Virus record (IMG/VR): IMGVR_UViG_3300035701_000001
Length of the DNA: 64,000 bases
Source of the DNA: a virus
Direction: 5' to 3' (one strand)
Positions 63,011 to 64,000 of the stretch are shown one piece after another. The stretch's first letter is position 1. Each line of letters opens with the position of its first letter. The translations under genes and the position numbers were made by a program. Below the pieces are notes generated by a model. The model was given only the letters and a program-made list of their open reading frames with translations. It made no database searches and was not told the origin of the DNA.

Positions 63011-63442
63011 ATGTGGACTGCCTTTTCCCTTGTCATCCTCGCGCTTGCCGCCAGATCGGACAGAGAAATCCCGGACGAGGAAGCGTGGATCCAGCGGTTC
63101 GAGGCCATCGACCGGTTGCGGGAGAAATACGGAGTCCCCTCCCTCACGGCAGCCGAGCGGATACGGGTCGTGATCGGGGAGCCTCCACTCGACCATCGCT
63201 ATGGACTCTACCTGCAAGAACGATCTTCGGGTTCCTACGGTCGCTACGGGGTCATCCTCATGGTCTGGCGTGAGTTTCCCTCTTCTTCCAAGCTTGTTGA
63301 GAAAGGAGAATGGATCGGGATCAAAGACGTCGAGGAAACCGATCCGGACCGACAGGCACTGCGTTTGAGGGAAGAGGCGATGGTCTATGTCCAGTCCCTC
63401 GCGGACCGGATGTTCCTTCCCTTCGTCCACTGGGGAGGATGA
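63011..63442 (+). CDS. array paralog 51
   Basis: family motif. Confidence 0.85.
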   Translation: MWTAFSLVILALAARSDREIPDEEAWIQRFEAIDRLREKYGVPSLTAAERIRVVIGEPPLDHRYGLYLQERSSGSYGRYGVILMVWREFPSSSKLVEKGEWIGIKDVEETDPDRQALRLREEAMVYVQSLADRMFLPFVHWGG

Positions 63443-63465
63443 ACCAGACGGGATAGGAGATCCCC

Positions 63466-63861
63466 ATGCTCTCCGCCCTTGCCCTTGCCACCCTTGCTTT
63501 CGCTTCCGCTTCGGACGGCGAGAATCCAGACAAGAGTACTTGGGTTGAACGGTTCGAAGCCATCGACCGACGCCGTGCGGAATTTGGAATTCCACCGCTC
63601 TCGCCACGGGAGCGGATGGCGATGATGCTCGGCAAGGGTCCTGTTTCTTCCCTGTACTACATAGATGTACTGGAAGATGAAGATCGGGAACGTTGCTATC
63701 GGATCATGCTGTACCGGTGGGTGGAAAAGAAGAAGGGAAGGGCCGACTGGGTAGAAGAGAAGGAGCTACCCTGCGTGGTCTTCGCGGATTACATCGGTTC
63801 CAACGACGAAGCCTATCTCCTGGCGAAGTCCCTGTACCTGCCCATGAATCCGCCGTTCTGA
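63466..63861 (+). CDS. array paralog 52
   Basis: family motif. Confidence 0.85.
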   Translation: MLSALALATLAFASASDGENPDKSTWVERFEAIDRRRAEFGIPPLSPRERMAMMLGKGPVSSLYYIDVLEDEDRERCYRIMLYRWVEKKKGRADWVEEKELPCVVFADYIGSNDEAYLLAKSLYLPMNPPF

Positions 63862-63871
63862 GGAAGACCTC

Positions 63872-64000
63872 ATGATCCTCCCCCTTTCCCTTGTCATCCT
63901 CGCACTCTCCACTGGATCGGACGCGGAATCCCCCGAGAACGAGTCCGCCTGGACACAGAAGTTCGAGGCCTGTGACCGCGCACGGTACGAACTCGACATC
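63872..64000 (+). CDS. array paralog 53 (partial, runs off window)
   Basis: MILPLSLVILALSTGSDAESPENESAWTQKFEACDRARYELDI. Confidence 0.8.
   Translation, partial: MILPLSLVILALSTGSDAESPENESAWTQKFEACDRARYELDI

Overview
GC-rich window that reads as the accessory region of a large (jumbo-type) bacteriophage; this is inferred, since no capsid, terminase or polymerase gene is in view. Main contents: (i) small hypothetical genes, an intact IS607 element (tnpA+tnpB), and a HAD RNA-repair-type phosphatase; (ii) a tmRNA gene (tag ANNSKHFGEAARLAA) split in its T-loop by a 260-nt group I intron, next to a free-standing DUF559-type endonuclease; (iii) about 42 tRNA genes covering all 20 amino acids, plus an atypical UCA-loop tRNA. 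Seven tRNAs have the elbow pair G19:C56 swapped to C19:G56. Two tRNA blocks are preceded by leader-ORF/antiterminator/terminator attenuators whose codon content tracks the downstream tRNAs; (iv) a Cas12f-like protein lacking all three RuvC catalytic residues, with a tracrRNA-like anti-repeat and a ~28-repeat CRISPR array but no cas1/cas2; (v) a second, non-autonomous tnpB element; (vi) from 37.7 kb to the window end, at least 53 tandem paralogs encoding signal-peptide proteins with a constant N-terminal scaffold and hypervariable C-terminus, interrupted by a papain-like protease flanked by palindromic repeats. A 17-bp palindrome (TGACAC-N5-GTGTCA) overlaps the -35 box of several promoters. All calls are by eye; no database searches were run.
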